Shown piece after piece: positions 49,892 through 60,106 of a stretch of 64,000 bases of DNA. The notes below the pieces were generated by a model. It ran no database searches, was not told the origin of the DNA, and was given only the letters and a program-made list of their open reading frames with translations. Origin of the DNA: a virus (taxonomy: Duplodnaviria; Caudoviricetes); IMG/VR virus record IMGVR_UViG_3300009161_003648, positions 1 through 64,000 of that record; one strand, given 5' to 3'. Made by a program: the position numbers and the translations under genes. Every line of letters starts with the position of its first letter. Positions within the stretch are counted from its first letter, which is position 1.

Positions 49892-50640
49892 TAAATTATA
49901 TTGTATATTCAAATACTGATTATTTAGACGTGCTTAAAATACAAACCGATTACATGCAGAATATCGGCAACCTATCACTTTTTATCAATAAAAACGATTT
50001 AGATTTATCGGAAATATATTCAAAATATGATAATGTTATTTTTTATGATGGTAATGACACATATGCTAAAAGATTAATGACGTGTTTAAACCAGATTGAT
50101 TTTGAATACTTTGTTTTAATACATGATATTGATATATTATTAAAAGTTAAAGATGAAACAATTATTAATTTTTTTGATTTTATTAAAAAAAATAATGTGG
50201 ATAGGATAGATTTAAAATACACTGAAAAAACAAATGATATTATTGAGTTTGATTTAAATGGTCTGTTTTTAGTACCACAAAAAAATGAAAATAATTTTAT
50301 ATATAATGTAAATCCGTCAATATGGAAAAAATCTGCGTTATTAGACATCGTAACATCGTTTCAACATAAAACATATAGAACAATTGAAGATATCGATGTT
50401 CAAATTTTTGCTAAAAAATTTAATGTCTATAAATTAAACAAAGAACCTAAAATATCTTGTGGTTACTTTAATTGTGTTGATGATTTTATATTTTTACACA
50501 TAAGCCATAGCGGTAAATTTTTAACCTTACCAAGTAATTTTGTCACTGAATATGGGCAATCCTATGGTGATATCGCTAACGAATACGTTAAAATTGTTGA
50601 AAAGTATAATCTAAAAAATAGTAACAAATGGAACAGATGA
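49888..50640 (+). CDS. Hypothetical, possible GT-A-like protein
   Basis: YAKRL..CL.QI..EY..LIHDID and YNVNPSIWKK resemble GT-A motifs; cluster context. Confidence 0.45.
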   Translation: MINYIVYSNTDYLDVLKIQTDYMQNIGNLSLFINKNDLDLSEIYSKYDNVIFYDGNDTYAKRLMTCLNQIDFEYFVLIHDIDILLKVKDETIINFFDFIKKNNVDRIDLKYTEKTNDIIEFDLNGLFLVPQKNENNFIYNVNPSIWKKSALLDIVTSFQHKTYRTIEDIDVQIFAKKFNVYKLNKEPKISCGYFNCVDDFIFLHISHSGKFLTLPSNFVTEYGQSYGDIANEYVKIVEKYNLKNSNKWNR

Positions 50641-51395
50641 ATAATGGTTACAAATTAGCGTTTATAATTGCGCATAAATATATCTCAGGATATCCGTCAT
50701 ATTTAAAATATTATATTGATAATATAAACAATTTTTATACTGATTCACTAATAATTGTTGTTGACAACAACTCATTAAAACTAAATGAAATCACTGAGCA
50801 ATTTTTAAATGAAAAAAATATTATTTTTTTAACCAATAACACAGATTGTAAATTCGAAATTGGTGCGTACAAAGTTGGTATTAACTATATGATTAATAAT
50901 AGCTTATTAAACAACTACGACTATTGCGTGTTCACACAAGATACATATGTATTAAAAAATAAATATGATTTTAATAATTTAAAAAAAGAAAATATCGAAG
51001 CGTCTTCGATTATTGGGTGGACGAATGACCTTGAAAAAATGGATGTCTGTATCCCAGTATTAAATAAGATTGGTTTACTTAACAGACTAAACGAAACCAA
51101 TCTTTGCTGGTGTAATAGTTTTATTGTGTCTAAAAATAAAGTTTTAGACCTTTATAATTTATTATATAATATTATTATTGTAAACAGACATCAAAGCGAA
51201 GGCTCAGAACGTTATTTAGGCCGAATATTATTTGAATTAAATAACCATAAAAATTATGCTATCGATGGTAACGACAACAATTACGTTATTGACGGTGTAA
51301 CACATAATTGTTTAAGTGTTAACGTATTTGATAACATCAATAAATTTTTCTGTAAAACTTGTCAACAGAAAAATGAAAGAACAATTGAGAATTAA
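50628..51395 (+). CDS. Hypothetical, possible glycosyltransferase
   Basis: IIVVDNNS, FEIGAY, FTQD and SERYLG. Confidence 0.45.
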   Translation: MEQMNNGYKLAFIIAHKYISGYPSYLKYYIDNINNFYTDSLIIVVDNNSLKLNEITEQFLNEKNIIFLTNNTDCKFEIGAYKVGINYMINNSLLNNYDYCVFTQDTYVLKNKYDFNNLKKENIEASSIIGWTNDLEKMDVCIPVLNKIGLLNRLNETNLCWCNSFIVSKNKVLDLYNLLYNIIIVNRHQSEGSERYLGRILFELNNHKNYAIDGNDNNYVIDGVTHNCLSVNVFDNINKFFCKTCQQKNERTIEN

Positions 51396-52219
51396 TGAAC
51401 AAAAAAGCCTGCGTATACTTTCATCAAGGATGGACTGACATAATATTATGTTTTTCATTAATAAATTATTATAAAAAAAAATATGATGAAATTTACGTTT
51501 TAATACGTTCTGACGCAAAAAACCTTGTTGATTTCTACATTAGAAACATGAAAAACGTAAAGATTATATACATGGATACAGACAATGGTAGATACTATGG
51601 AAACATAGAAACAAATTCAAAAAATGATACGGTGGAATATTTTGGTAGTTTAATTACCGTACCAGAAAATTTTGATATTATGTTTCATGCTGAACATGAT
51701 AAGTGGAGAAAAGATAACTATAAAAATTATTGGTACCAACCAGATTTTAATAAAAAAGCAGCAAGTCATTTTTCTGAAATGTTTTATATTTTTTATGATA
51801 TTGACTTTATCACCAGAGTTATTGATTTTTCTTTAGACAGAGACTTAGAGTTGGAAGATAAAACATATAAAGATTTTTCCGAAAAATATGGTACTGAATA
51901 TGTTATATATCATGACGACAATAATAACCATATACACGGCACACATCACGTCTCAACTGAAATACAGTTTGAAAACAAATTAGAAAATCATTCATATGTT
52001 AATTTAAATAAACTCTCAAGTGTTTTTTTTGACTATATTAAAGTAATACAAAATGCAAAAGAAATACATTTAGTGGACTCAATATGGGCGGCAATATGTT
52101 ATCAGCTAGACGCCAAATATGGATTATTTTCAAATAAAGTTATAAACGTTTATTGTAAAAGGGACCACCAAAATATGTTCCTACATCCAGTAAAACTAGA
52201 AAATTGGAAATTAATATAA
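51395..52219 (+). CDS. Hypothetical, possible glycosyltransferase
   Basis: HQGWTDII N-terminus and IIQNAKEIHLVDS pattern (GT-B/GT9-like); cluster context. Confidence 0.45.
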   Translation: MNKKACVYFHQGWTDIILCFSLINYYKKKYDEIYVLIRSDAKNLVDFYIRNMKNVKIIYMDTDNGRYYGNIETNSKNDTVEYFGSLITVPENFDIMFHAEHDKWRKDNYKNYWYQPDFNKKAASHFSEMFYIFYDIDFITRVIDFSLDRDLELEDKTYKDFSEKYGTEYVIYHDDNNNHIHGTHHVSTEIQFENKLENHSYVNLNKLSSVFFDYIKVIQNAKEIHLVDSIWAAICYQLDAKYGLFSNKVINVYCKRDHQNMFLHPVKLENWKLI

Positions 52220-52220
52220 T

Positions 52221-53690
52221 ATGAAAGTTGCACTTCTAATATCAGGATATTTAAGAAATTATGAACCAAACTTAAACTTTATACAAAAAAAAATCGTTGA
52301 TAAGTTTGATAACGTTGATGTGTATTTACACATAACAAAAAATGAAAATTCTGAAGATAAATACTTTAATTTAATCGATGAAGAAAAAGATTTCAAAAAA
52401 ATCACAAGTGCGTTATCACCAACTGTAACACTAATAGAGAATAATGTTAAATATAGCGACAATACTATTATAAATGGTATCGCAAACCAATGGAATAAAC
52501 TTTACAAGTTAAATAAATTAAAGCAAATTAACGAGAGCACATCAGGTGTAGAATACGATTTAGTTATACGCTATAGGCCAGACTTATCAATAAATAACTT
52601 AAATATTTTAGATTTTGATATTACTAAAAATACAATCTATATTCCAAAAGATAGTAAAATTGATAAACCAAAATTAAAATATTATAATGATGGATATCTA
52701 TGCGATGCATTAGCGTTTGGACCCTCTAAATTAATGGACTTGTATTTTAATATTTACACAAGAATAAACGAATTAATAGAAAAATATGGTTCAGCGTCAG
52801 AAACGCTATTGTATTATTATTTAAAAGATAATAATATTTCACATACATTAGTTGATATCGATTACAGCTTTATTTTATCAAAATGTAATGTTTTTGCAAT
52901 ATGCGGTGACTCTGGTTCGGGAAAAAGCACTTTAAGTAAAATACTTAAAGAATCTTTCTTTGATTCTTTTACCTTAGAATGCGATAGGTATCACAAATGG
53001 GAGAGACATAATGAAAATTGGGGCAAATTAACGCATCTAAATCCAGACGCAAACTATATCACAAAAATGAATGAAGATATTTTTAACTTAAAATTAGGTA
53101 AAGAAATATTTCAGGTTGACTATAATCACGAAAACGGAAAATTCACTGAAAAACAATTAATTAACCCGTCAAACAATTTAATTGTCTGCGGTCTACATAG
53201 TTTGTACGATAAAAACTCTTCTTCTGTTTATGATATAAAAATTTTTATGGATACCGATGAAACATTAAAGAAAAAATGGAAAATAAAAAGAGATGTCACA
53301 GAAAGGGGTCATTCGGTTGAAAAAATACTAGACAGTATTAAAAAAAGAGAAGACGATTTTAAAGAATATATATTACCACAAAAAAACAACGCAGATGTTA
53401 TTGTTAATTTTTTTAGTAACGATGACATAGATTTAAATGATTTAAACCATGTTGAAAATCTTAGCCTTAAACTATCAATACATAAAAAATTTGAGATTAA
53501 AAATATTTTAAGTACATTTACAAATCAGAATATTAACTATTCAGTGGATAATTCAGACGAAAACTTTATAAAAATAGAATTTTTAGAATATAAACCAATT
53601 AATTTATTTGGTGATGACACATCACTTAACACAAATACTTTTTATGATTATATAAAATATTTTATTTTTAATTTAATCTTTACAAATTAA
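52221..53690 (+). CDS. Fusion: GT-like N-terminal domain + phosphoribulokinase/uridine-kinase-like domain
   Basis: N-terminus KVALLISGYLR...DVYLH...YDLVIRYRPDL. C-terminus ICGDSGSGKST, DRYH, YNHENG, GLHSLY, WKIKRD..RGH and YILPQK..ADVI. Confidence 0.8.
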   Translation: MKVALLISGYLRNYEPNLNFIQKKIVDKFDNVDVYLHITKNENSEDKYFNLIDEEKDFKKITSALSPTVTLIENNVKYSDNTIINGIANQWNKLYKLNKLKQINESTSGVEYDLVIRYRPDLSINNLNILDFDITKNTIYIPKDSKIDKPKLKYYNDGYLCDALAFGPSKLMDLYFNIYTRINELIEKYGSASETLLYYYLKDNNISHTLVDIDYSFILSKCNVFAICGDSGSGKSTLSKILKESFFDSFTLECDRYHKWERHNENWGKLTHLNPDANYITKMNEDIFNLKLGKEIFQVDYNHENGKFTEKQLINPSNNLIVCGLHSLYDKNSSSVYDIKIFMDTDETLKKKWKIKRDVTERGHSVEKILDSIKKREDDFKEYILPQKNNADVIVNFFSNDDIDLNDLNHVENLSLKLSIHKKFEIKNILSTFTNQNINYSVDNSDENFIKIEFLEYKPINLFGDDTSLNTNTFYDYIKYFIFNLIFTN

Positions 53691-53720
53691 CTTTTTTTTA
53701 TTATTTTTTAAACAAAAACT

Positions 53721-54446
53721 ATGGATAAGCTATATCAAATTAGTAACGAAAACAAATTAAATATTATCGAACAAACAACATATGATAAATTTAATAATTT
53801 TATTTTTTCTGACGATTTAAAATTAACAGGTAAATTATTACACCGATTTGAACACTTTTTAAAAATTAAAGACCTACCTGGTGACATTGTTGAAATTGGT
53901 GTGTTTAAGGGCTCTGGTGTCTCTAGCTTCATGAAATTTATTGAAATCTATTGCCCCAACTCAAATAAAAAAGTTGTTGGTTTTGATATTTTTGACACTA
54001 TTGAAGCTAAAGAAATTTTAGAAAAAGATAGCGATATCGATAAAGACAATATGTTGGTTGTCTATGATAGGGTTAAATCAGATGATTTAACAATTGAATC
54101 CGTAACTAAAAGACTCGAACAAACTAAAATAGATTCAAATAAATACAAATTAATAAAAGGGGATGTACAACATAGCATTCCAAAATTTTTAGATGAAAAT
54201 TTAGGGTTTAGAATCTCATTATTATATATTGATGTAGATTTAGACAGACCAACGTATTATTCACTTAAATATTTGTGGGACCGAATCCTACCAGGTGGTG
54301 TAATTTTATTTGATGAGTACGAATATCATAAATTTAGCGAAAGCACTGGTGTTGAAAGATTCTTAAAAGAAGTTGGACTTGATTATGATATAAAATCAAC
54401 AAACTGGGTAGCACCAACAGCGTTTATGATTAAAAAAAGCTTTTAA
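53721..54446 (+). CDS. TylF/MycF-family O-methyltransferase
   Basis: PGDIVEIGVFKG, GFDIF, LLYIDVDL and GGVILFDEY. Confidence 0.9.
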   Translation: MDKLYQISNENKLNIIEQTTYDKFNNFIFSDDLKLTGKLLHRFEHFLKIKDLPGDIVEIGVFKGSGVSSFMKFIEIYCPNSNKKVVGFDIFDTIEAKEILEKDSDIDKDNMLVVYDRVKSDDLTIESVTKRLEQTKIDSNKYKLIKGDVQHSIPKFLDENLGFRISLLYIDVDLDRPTYYSLKYLWDRILPGGVILFDEYEYHKFSESTGVERFLKEVGLDYDIKSTNWVAPTAFMIKKSF

Positions 54447-54447
54447 C

Positions 54448-55128
54448 GTGGATGAGAAAGAAAAAAATATTAAAGAACTTATAGCCTTATCAACGCAGGT
54501 GTCAAAATATTGTGTCGGTATGGAGGGTAATATATCCTCAAAAAATAAAGATACGTTGTTAATAAAAGCTAGCGGGGCTAAGTTATCTAATTTAACCGAA
54601 AGCGATTTAGTTGAATTTGATTTTAATGGACACCAACTTTCAAATTTTTCAAAAAAAGGGAGTATGGAATTAAGTTTTCATACTTTTTTATTGTCATTCA
54701 AAGATGTAAATTATATTTCACATACGCACCCAACAAACACTTTAAAAATATTATGTAGTTCGTTAGACAAAAAATTTGCAGTAAAAAGATTATTCCCAGA
54801 CCAAGTTGTTTTTAATGGTGTGAAAGCATGTCTGGTACCATACGCAAAACCAGGTATTGAACTAACAAATTTAATAAAAAAACATGTGTCTGAATTTATT
54901 TCTGAAGAAAAGTACTTCCCAAAGTTGATTTTATTAAAAAATCATGGTATTATTGCATGTGGTAAGACAATTGACGAGTGTATCATAATAAGTGAAATTT
55001 GTGAAAAGTCTGCTGAAATATTTATCGGCGCTGTTAGCATTGATAATATAACATTTTTAACTGATGAATCGGTTAACGATTTATTAATTGATAAAAACGA
55101 AAAATATAGACAAGAATTATTAAAATGA
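54448..55128 (+). CDS. Class II aldolase/adducin-family protein
   Basis: EGNIS, LLIKASG, SMELSFH, SHTHP and LLKNHG. Confidence 0.9.
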   Translation: MDEKEKNIKELIALSTQVSKYCVGMEGNISSKNKDTLLIKASGAKLSNLTESDLVEFDFNGHQLSNFSKKGSMELSFHTFLLSFKDVNYISHTHPTNTLKILCSSLDKKFAVKRLFPDQVVFNGVKACLVPYAKPGIELTNLIKKHVSEFISEEKYFPKLILLKNHGIIACGKTIDECIIISEICEKSAEIFIGAVSIDNITFLTDESVNDLLIDKNEKYRQELLK

Positions 55129-55418
55129 AAGTTATTTACGTTGATATAGATGAGACTATATGTGAAACACCAGAACCAAGAAATTATTTTAATGCGAAAC
55201 CAATATACGAAAATATTTCTAAAATAAATAAATTATACGATGAAGGTAATACAATCGTATATTGGACGGCTAGAGGTAGCAGAACCCAAATAAATTGGTA
55301 TGAATTAACAAAAAAACAACTAATTGAATGGGGCGCAAAACATCATGAACTAAATGTTAGCAAACCGTATTATGATTTATTTATTGACGATAAAACAATT
55401 AGAATAGAAGAAATATGA
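55125..55418 (+). CDS. Small HAD-superfamily phosphatase (capsule-biosynthesis type)
   Basis: DIDETI, YWTARG and KP.YDLFIDDK. Confidence 0.85.
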   Translation: MKVIYVDIDETICETPEPRNYFNAKPIYENISKINKLYDEGNTIVYWTARGSRTQINWYELTKKQLIEWGAKHHELNVSKPYYDLFIDDKTIRIEEI

Positions 55419-55906
55419 TATTAATATCACACAGAGGTAACATAGTCGGACCAAATAAACAAAGGGAAAACATGCCATCTTATATAGATACAGCCATATC
55501 AGCAGGATATGAGGTAGAGGTGGATGTAAATTATATTAATGGCGTTTTTTATCTGGGCCATGACACACCAGATATCGAAATAAGCGAAGTTTGGATAAAA
55601 AAAAGAAAAAATAAAATATGGTTTCATTGTAAAAACATGCAAGCTGCTGCTAGATTTAAAGAGTTAGAAAATTTAACTGGTGAAAGTTATAAATTTTTTT
55701 GTCACACATCAGATACGTTTGTCTTAACCAGTACAAACCATATATGGGTTCACGACTTAAATTTAGATTTGAACGATAAATGCATAATTCCACTTTTAAG
55801 TGATAAAGATGTTACCAGTTATAATGGAAATATTGTACATGCTGTTTGTACAGATTACATTTCATTTGCCAAATTTAATTTAAAAGAAAAAGGCTTATAT
55901 AAATAA
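55415..55906 (+). CDS. GDPD-like (PLC-like phosphodiesterase) protein
   Basis: LISHRGN, EN, GYEVEVDV, LGHD and WFHCKN. Confidence 0.75.
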   Translation: MILISHRGNIVGPNKQRENMPSYIDTAISAGYEVEVDVNYINGVFYLGHDTPDIEISEVWIKKRKNKIWFHCKNMQAAARFKELENLTGESYKFFCHTSDTFVLTSTNHIWVHDLNLDLNDKCIIPLLSDKDVTSYNGNIVHAVCTDYISFAKFNLKEKGLYK

Positions 55907-55909
55907 AAT

Positions 55910-56800
55910 ATGAAAAACTCACTTATATGGACTAACCCATCTATCACTTGTTTAGGTGATAGACTAGTTGATACTATGATATTATCAACCTATGCTAAAA
56001 TAATTGATGCTGACCTATATTTTCCATGGAAAGACTGTCCATTTACAATAGGTGGCGGCAAAAACCCAACCTATTCTTATAAAGAAGATGAAAACAAAAC
56101 GTGGGATGCGGTTAGATTTGAAGATTATAAATTTGAAAATTATTCAAAATATTTTAACTTACCAAAAAATATTAAAATAAACGAAACAACAAATAATATA
56201 ACACATTATTTTAATGATGTTTTAGGTGGTTGTGTATCGCCACAACTTTTTTATAGAAAATATGTTTCTGATATATGTTCATTAGAAGAATTTAATAAAG
56301 TGTTTAAAGAAACAATGAATGAATTTAAACCAACAGAAAATTTATTAAAATTAGTTGGAAACAAACCAAAACCAAATGTTTCTGTTCATTTGAGAAGGAC
56401 AGATAAAATAAATGTTCGGGGCGATTATAGTAGCTTTATGACATATGAGGGATTAGACTATTTAAATGATATTACCAAAGAAGCTATAGGTAAATTAAAC
56501 GGTGATGATAAATTATTTTATTTTTCATCTGATGATAAAAATGAAAGAAATAAATACCATCTTTTATATTCAAATCATATCGAACACGAAACCAATTGTA
56601 CCGATATTGAAAAAACGTACATAGATTTATACATGTTGTCTATTAGTGAATATATAATATTATCACAAGTGCATTCAAATTTTTCTGTTTTTGCTTCATA
56701 TATAAATAATTCAAAATTAGTATATCTTTATGATAATTGCATGATTGTTACGCAAGAGTTTAATGGTAACGATAATTTTATATACTATAAAAATCTTTAA
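55910..56800 (+). CDS. Fucosyltransferase-like GT-B enzyme (GT11/GT23/POFUT-like)
   Basis: LGDRL, SVHLRRTDK, YFSSDD and DLYMLS...II...SNFS. Confidence 0.7.
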   Translation: MKNSLIWTNPSITCLGDRLVDTMILSTYAKIIDADLYFPWKDCPFTIGGGKNPTYSYKEDENKTWDAVRFEDYKFENYSKYFNLPKNIKINETTNNITHYFNDVLGGCVSPQLFYRKYVSDICSLEEFNKVFKETMNEFKPTENLLKLVGNKPKPNVSVHLRRTDKINVRGDYSSFMTYEGLDYLNDITKEAIGKLNGDDKLFYFSSDDKNERNKYHLLYSNHIEHETNCTDIEKTYIDLYMLSISEYIILSQVHSNFSVFASYINNSKLVYLYDNCMIVTQEFNGNDNFIYYKNL

Positions 56801-56812
56801 AAACACATACAC

Positions 56813-57415
56813 ATGACTTATACCAAACAAGATTTAATAAACTTTGAGGAAGACATTGCCGAATGTTTCAATAACGCATTAATTAAAGCACCTGTTCATT
56901 TATATTATGGTAATGAAAAACAAATGTTAGATATTTTTAAAAATATAAAAAATGAAGACTGGGTTTTTTGTACATGGCGCTCACATTATCAGTGTTTATT
57001 AAAAGGTGTACCACAAGAAATTATTAAACAGGATATATTAAATGGAAAATCAATAACACTTTGTTATCCTGAATATAATATATATTCATCAGCAATTGTT
57101 GGCGGAAATATCCCAATTGCAACTGGTGTTGCACTAGATATAAAAAGAAAAAATCAAGCAAATCACGTATGGTGTTTTGTTGGCGATATGGCTTCTGAAA
57201 CGGGTACATTTTTTGAAAATTGGAAATACAGTATAAATCATGATTTACCAATTACTTATGTGATAGAAAATAACTCTAAATCCGTATGTACAGATACACT
57301 AAAAACATGGAACACTAACGAATTATTTTTTAAGAATGAAACAAGAAAAATAATTTATTATGAATACGAAAATAAATACCCACATGCTGGTGCAGGTAAA
57401 AGAATACAATTTTAA
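56813..57415 (+). CDS. TPP-dependent enzyme, E1-alpha-like subunit
   Basis: PVHLY.G.E, WRSHY, SAIVGG and TPP-binding GDMAS...ENN. Confidence 0.85.
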   Translation: MTYTKQDLINFEEDIAECFNNALIKAPVHLYYGNEKQMLDIFKNIKNEDWVFCTWRSHYQCLLKGVPQEIIKQDILNGKSITLCYPEYNIYSSAIVGGNIPIATGVALDIKRKNQANHVWCFVGDMASETGTFFENWKYSINHDLPITYVIENNSKSVCTDTLKTWNTNELFFKNETRKIIYYEYENKYPHAGAGKRIQF

Positions 57416-57417
57416 AT

Positions 57418-57954
57418 ATGAAATATTTTGACGAATTAAAACGCTCAATGGACTGGTTAGGCGAAAAGCCAGACACTTTATTTTTAGGTCAAGCTGTTGA
57501 ATATGACGGAACTGCAATAACAAATACATTAAAAGGTGTTAATAGAAATAAATTACTTGAAATGCCAGTCAATGAAGAAATGCAAATGGGGATGACGCTT
57601 GGTTTAGCACTGAACGGCACAGTACCTATTTCTATCTTTCCAAGATGGAATTTTCTTTTGTTAGGTGCAAATCAATTAATTAACCATATTGACAAAATAA
57701 AAATAATGTCTAATGATGGCTACAAACCAAAGATAATTATTAGAACTGCTATTGGCTCACAAAGACCACTACATCCACAACATCAACACATTTCAGATTT
57801 TACCCCTTCATTTAAAGGCATGTGCGATTTTGTTGATATTATTAAACTAGACGAAGCAAACCAAATATTTGATGCGTTTAAATATGCATATGAAAGAACT
57901 GACAATAGACCTACGTTATTAGTTGAATGGGGTGATTATTATGGTGAAAAATAA
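57418..57954 (+). CDS. TPP-dependent enzyme, E1-beta-like subunit (pyrimidine-binding domain only)
   Basis: LGQ.V, EMPVNEEMQMG...GLAL.G, NQLINH and QH..DF; no C-terminal transketolase domain. Confidence 0.8.
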   Translation: MKYFDELKRSMDWLGEKPDTLFLGQAVEYDGTAITNTLKGVNRNKLLEMPVNEEMQMGMTLGLALNGTVPISIFPRWNFLLLGANQLINHIDKIKIMSNDGYKPKIIIRTAIGSQRPLHPQHQHISDFTPSFKGMCDFVDIIKLDEANQIFDAFKYAYERTDNRPTLLVEWGDYYGEK

Positions 57955-57959
57955 AAATT

Positions 57960-58946
57960 ATGTTAGGAATAAATTCTAAATATGAAAATGTTAATTTTTT
58001 AAAGTTAAAAAATAAAACAATACTAATAACAGGTGCATCTGGTTTGGTCGGTATTAATTTATTATCGTCACTAAAACCAATACAAAAAGAATATAATATT
58101 ACAATTTATATCTGGGCTAAAAATGAAAATAAAATTTTTGATTCATTATTTGAAGACTGTGTAAAAATTGTTAATGATATCACAGATTTCAATGCCTTTA
58201 CTAACCTTCCAAAATTTGACTATATTATTCATTCTTCAGGATATGGTCAACCCTTTAAATTTTTATCGGATAAATTAAAAACAATTCAAATTAATACCTC
58301 ATCAACAATAAAACTATTAGAATTATTGAAAGATGACGGTACTTTTTTGTTTATTAGCTCTAGCGAAGTTTATAATGGGTTATTTAAACACGAAATTAAC
58401 GAGAATGAAATTGGTATGACAAATACACAACATCCAAGAGCACCATATATTGAAGGTAAAAAATGCGGAGAGGTAATATGTGACGCATATCGTGAAATGG
58501 GTAAAAATATTAAAATTGCTAGATTAAGTATTGCTTATGGTCCAGGTACTAAAATTGGTGATACACGTGTTATTAATTCTTTAATAGATAAAGGGTTAAA
58601 TAACGACTCAATTGAATTAATGGATGATGGTAGCTCATTAAGAACATTTTGTTATATTTCCGATGTAATAGAAATGCTTTGGAATATAACATTAGATGGT
58701 AAAGACTTCATATATAATGTTGGTGGTATTGACACATTAAGTATTTTTGAGTTAGCGCATAAGATTGCAAAAATACTTGACAAAAGTGTTATTTTACCTA
58801 TATTAAACAAAGAATTAGTTGGTAGTCCAAAATTGGTAAATTTATCAATCCAAAAATACATAAATGAATTTGGTAAAGATAGTTTTACCCCAATTGATAT
58901 TGGTTTGGCTGAAACAATTAATTGGCAAAAAAAATTAAATAGATGA
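57960..58946 (+). CDS. NAD-dependent epimerase/dehydratase (extended SDR)
   Basis: ITGASGLVG, FISSSEVY, YxxxK (YIEGK), YGPG and RTFCYISD. Confidence 0.9.
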   Translation: MLGINSKYENVNFLKLKNKTILITGASGLVGINLLSSLKPIQKEYNITIYIWAKNENKIFDSLFEDCVKIVNDITDFNAFTNLPKFDYIIHSSGYGQPFKFLSDKLKTIQINTSSTIKLLELLKDDGTFLFISSSEVYNGLFKHEINENEIGMTNTQHPRAPYIEGKKCGEVICDAYREMGKNIKIARLSIAYGPGTKIGDTRVINSLIDKGLNNDSIELMDDGSSLRTFCYISDVIEMLWNITLDGKDFIYNVGGIDTLSIFELAHKIAKILDKSVILPILNKELVGSPKLVNLSIQKYINEFGKDSFTPIDIGLAETINWQKKLNR

Positions 58947-60103
58947 AAGAAGTTAAATTAATCAATGATACAATTAACAAAACAGACATAACCGAATTAA
59001 TTAAATGGTTAGAAACAAATCCAAGATTAACAAAAGGTGAATTAACAATTGAATTTGAAAAAAAATGGTCTAAATGGCTCGGTCGAAAATATTCTGTTTT
59101 TGTTAACTCTGGGTCATCGGCTAATTTGGCTATGGTATATGCGCTAATGCTATCAAACAGATTAAAAAACAATAAAATTGTTATCCCATCAGTTTCATGG
59201 ACAACAACAGTAACGCCAGCAATTCAATTAGGTTTAGAACCAATATTGTGCGAATGCGATGACGAAACATTAGGTGTTGATATTGAAAATTTTAAAAAAA
59301 TTATTACCGAACATAAACCAGCCGCATTAATGTTGGTACATGTTTTAGCATTTCCTTGTAAAATGGACGAAATAATACAATTGTGTAATGACAATGATAT
59401 TATTTTAATTGAAGACTCTTGCGAATCAATCGGTTCAACATTTAACGGTATTAAAACTGGTAATTTTGGATTAATGAGTACCTTTTCGTTTTATTATGGA
59501 CACCACATATCAACGATTGAAGGTGGTATGATATCAACTGACGATAAAGAAATATATAATTTATTATTAGCAATAAGGTCACATGGATGGGATAGAGACT
59601 TTGATAAAGAATCACAATCACTTATTAGGTCTGAAAATAATATTGATGACTTTAGGGGTCTTTTTACATTTTATTACCCAGCCTTTAATTTAAGGTCAAC
59701 CGACTTACAAGCGTTTATTGGGTTAAGACAAATTGAAAAAATTGATAGCTTTTCTGAAATAAGAAATAAAAATTTTAAACTTTATAACTCGTTAGTTATA
59801 AATGATTTTTGGAAAATTAAAGACAATGATAATTGTTTTTATTCTAACTTTGCATATCCTGTAATAACACCTAATATAATTGAATTATCCAAAGAACTTC
59901 AATCAAATAATATTGAATGCAGACCACTAGTTTGCGGCTCAATAGGATTACAACCGTTTTGGAAAAAACTTTATGGTGAAGTAAATTTTGAGTTTGCTAA
60001 CAAAGTTCATAATTATGGCCTATATTTACCAAATCATATCGAGGTGATTGAAGATGATATAAAAAATATAACAAATATTATAAATAAACATACTAAAATT
60101 TAA
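58943..60103 (+). CDS. colD: PLP/PMP-dependent DegT-family enzyme with His at the catalytic Lys position: ColD-like 3-dehydratase
   Basis: VNSGSSANL, IEDSCE, SFYYGHHISTIEGG (His six residues before EGG) and RSHGW; lacks the Cys-rich Fe-S motif of E1/RfbH. Confidence 0.75.
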   Translation: MKEVKLINDTINKTDITELIKWLETNPRLTKGELTIEFEKKWSKWLGRKYSVFVNSGSSANLAMVYALMLSNRLKNNKIVIPSVSWTTTVTPAIQLGLEPILCECDDETLGVDIENFKKIITEHKPAALMLVHVLAFPCKMDEIIQLCNDNDIILIEDSCESIGSTFNGIKTGNFGLMSTFSFYYGHHISTIEGGMISTDDKEIYNLLLAIRSHGWDRDFDKESQSLIRSENNIDDFRGLFTFYYPAFNLRSTDLQAFIGLRQIEKIDSFSEIRNKNFKLYNSLVINDFWKIKDNDNCFYSNFAYPVITPNIIELSKELQSNNIECRPLVCGSIGLQPFWKKLYGEVNFEFANKVHNYGLYLPNHIEVIEDDIKNITNIINKHTKI

Positions 60104-60106
60104 ATT

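Noticed and set aside
52860-53500. PRK as a Calvin-cycle auxiliary metabolic gene
   Set aside because: It is fused to a GT-like domain inside a glycan cluster, with no RuBisCO or CP12 in the window and a probably heterotrophic host.
56813-57954. Pyruvate dehydrogenase auxiliary metabolic gene
   Set aside because: The subunits are truncated, no E2/E3 is present, and the context is sugar biosynthesis.
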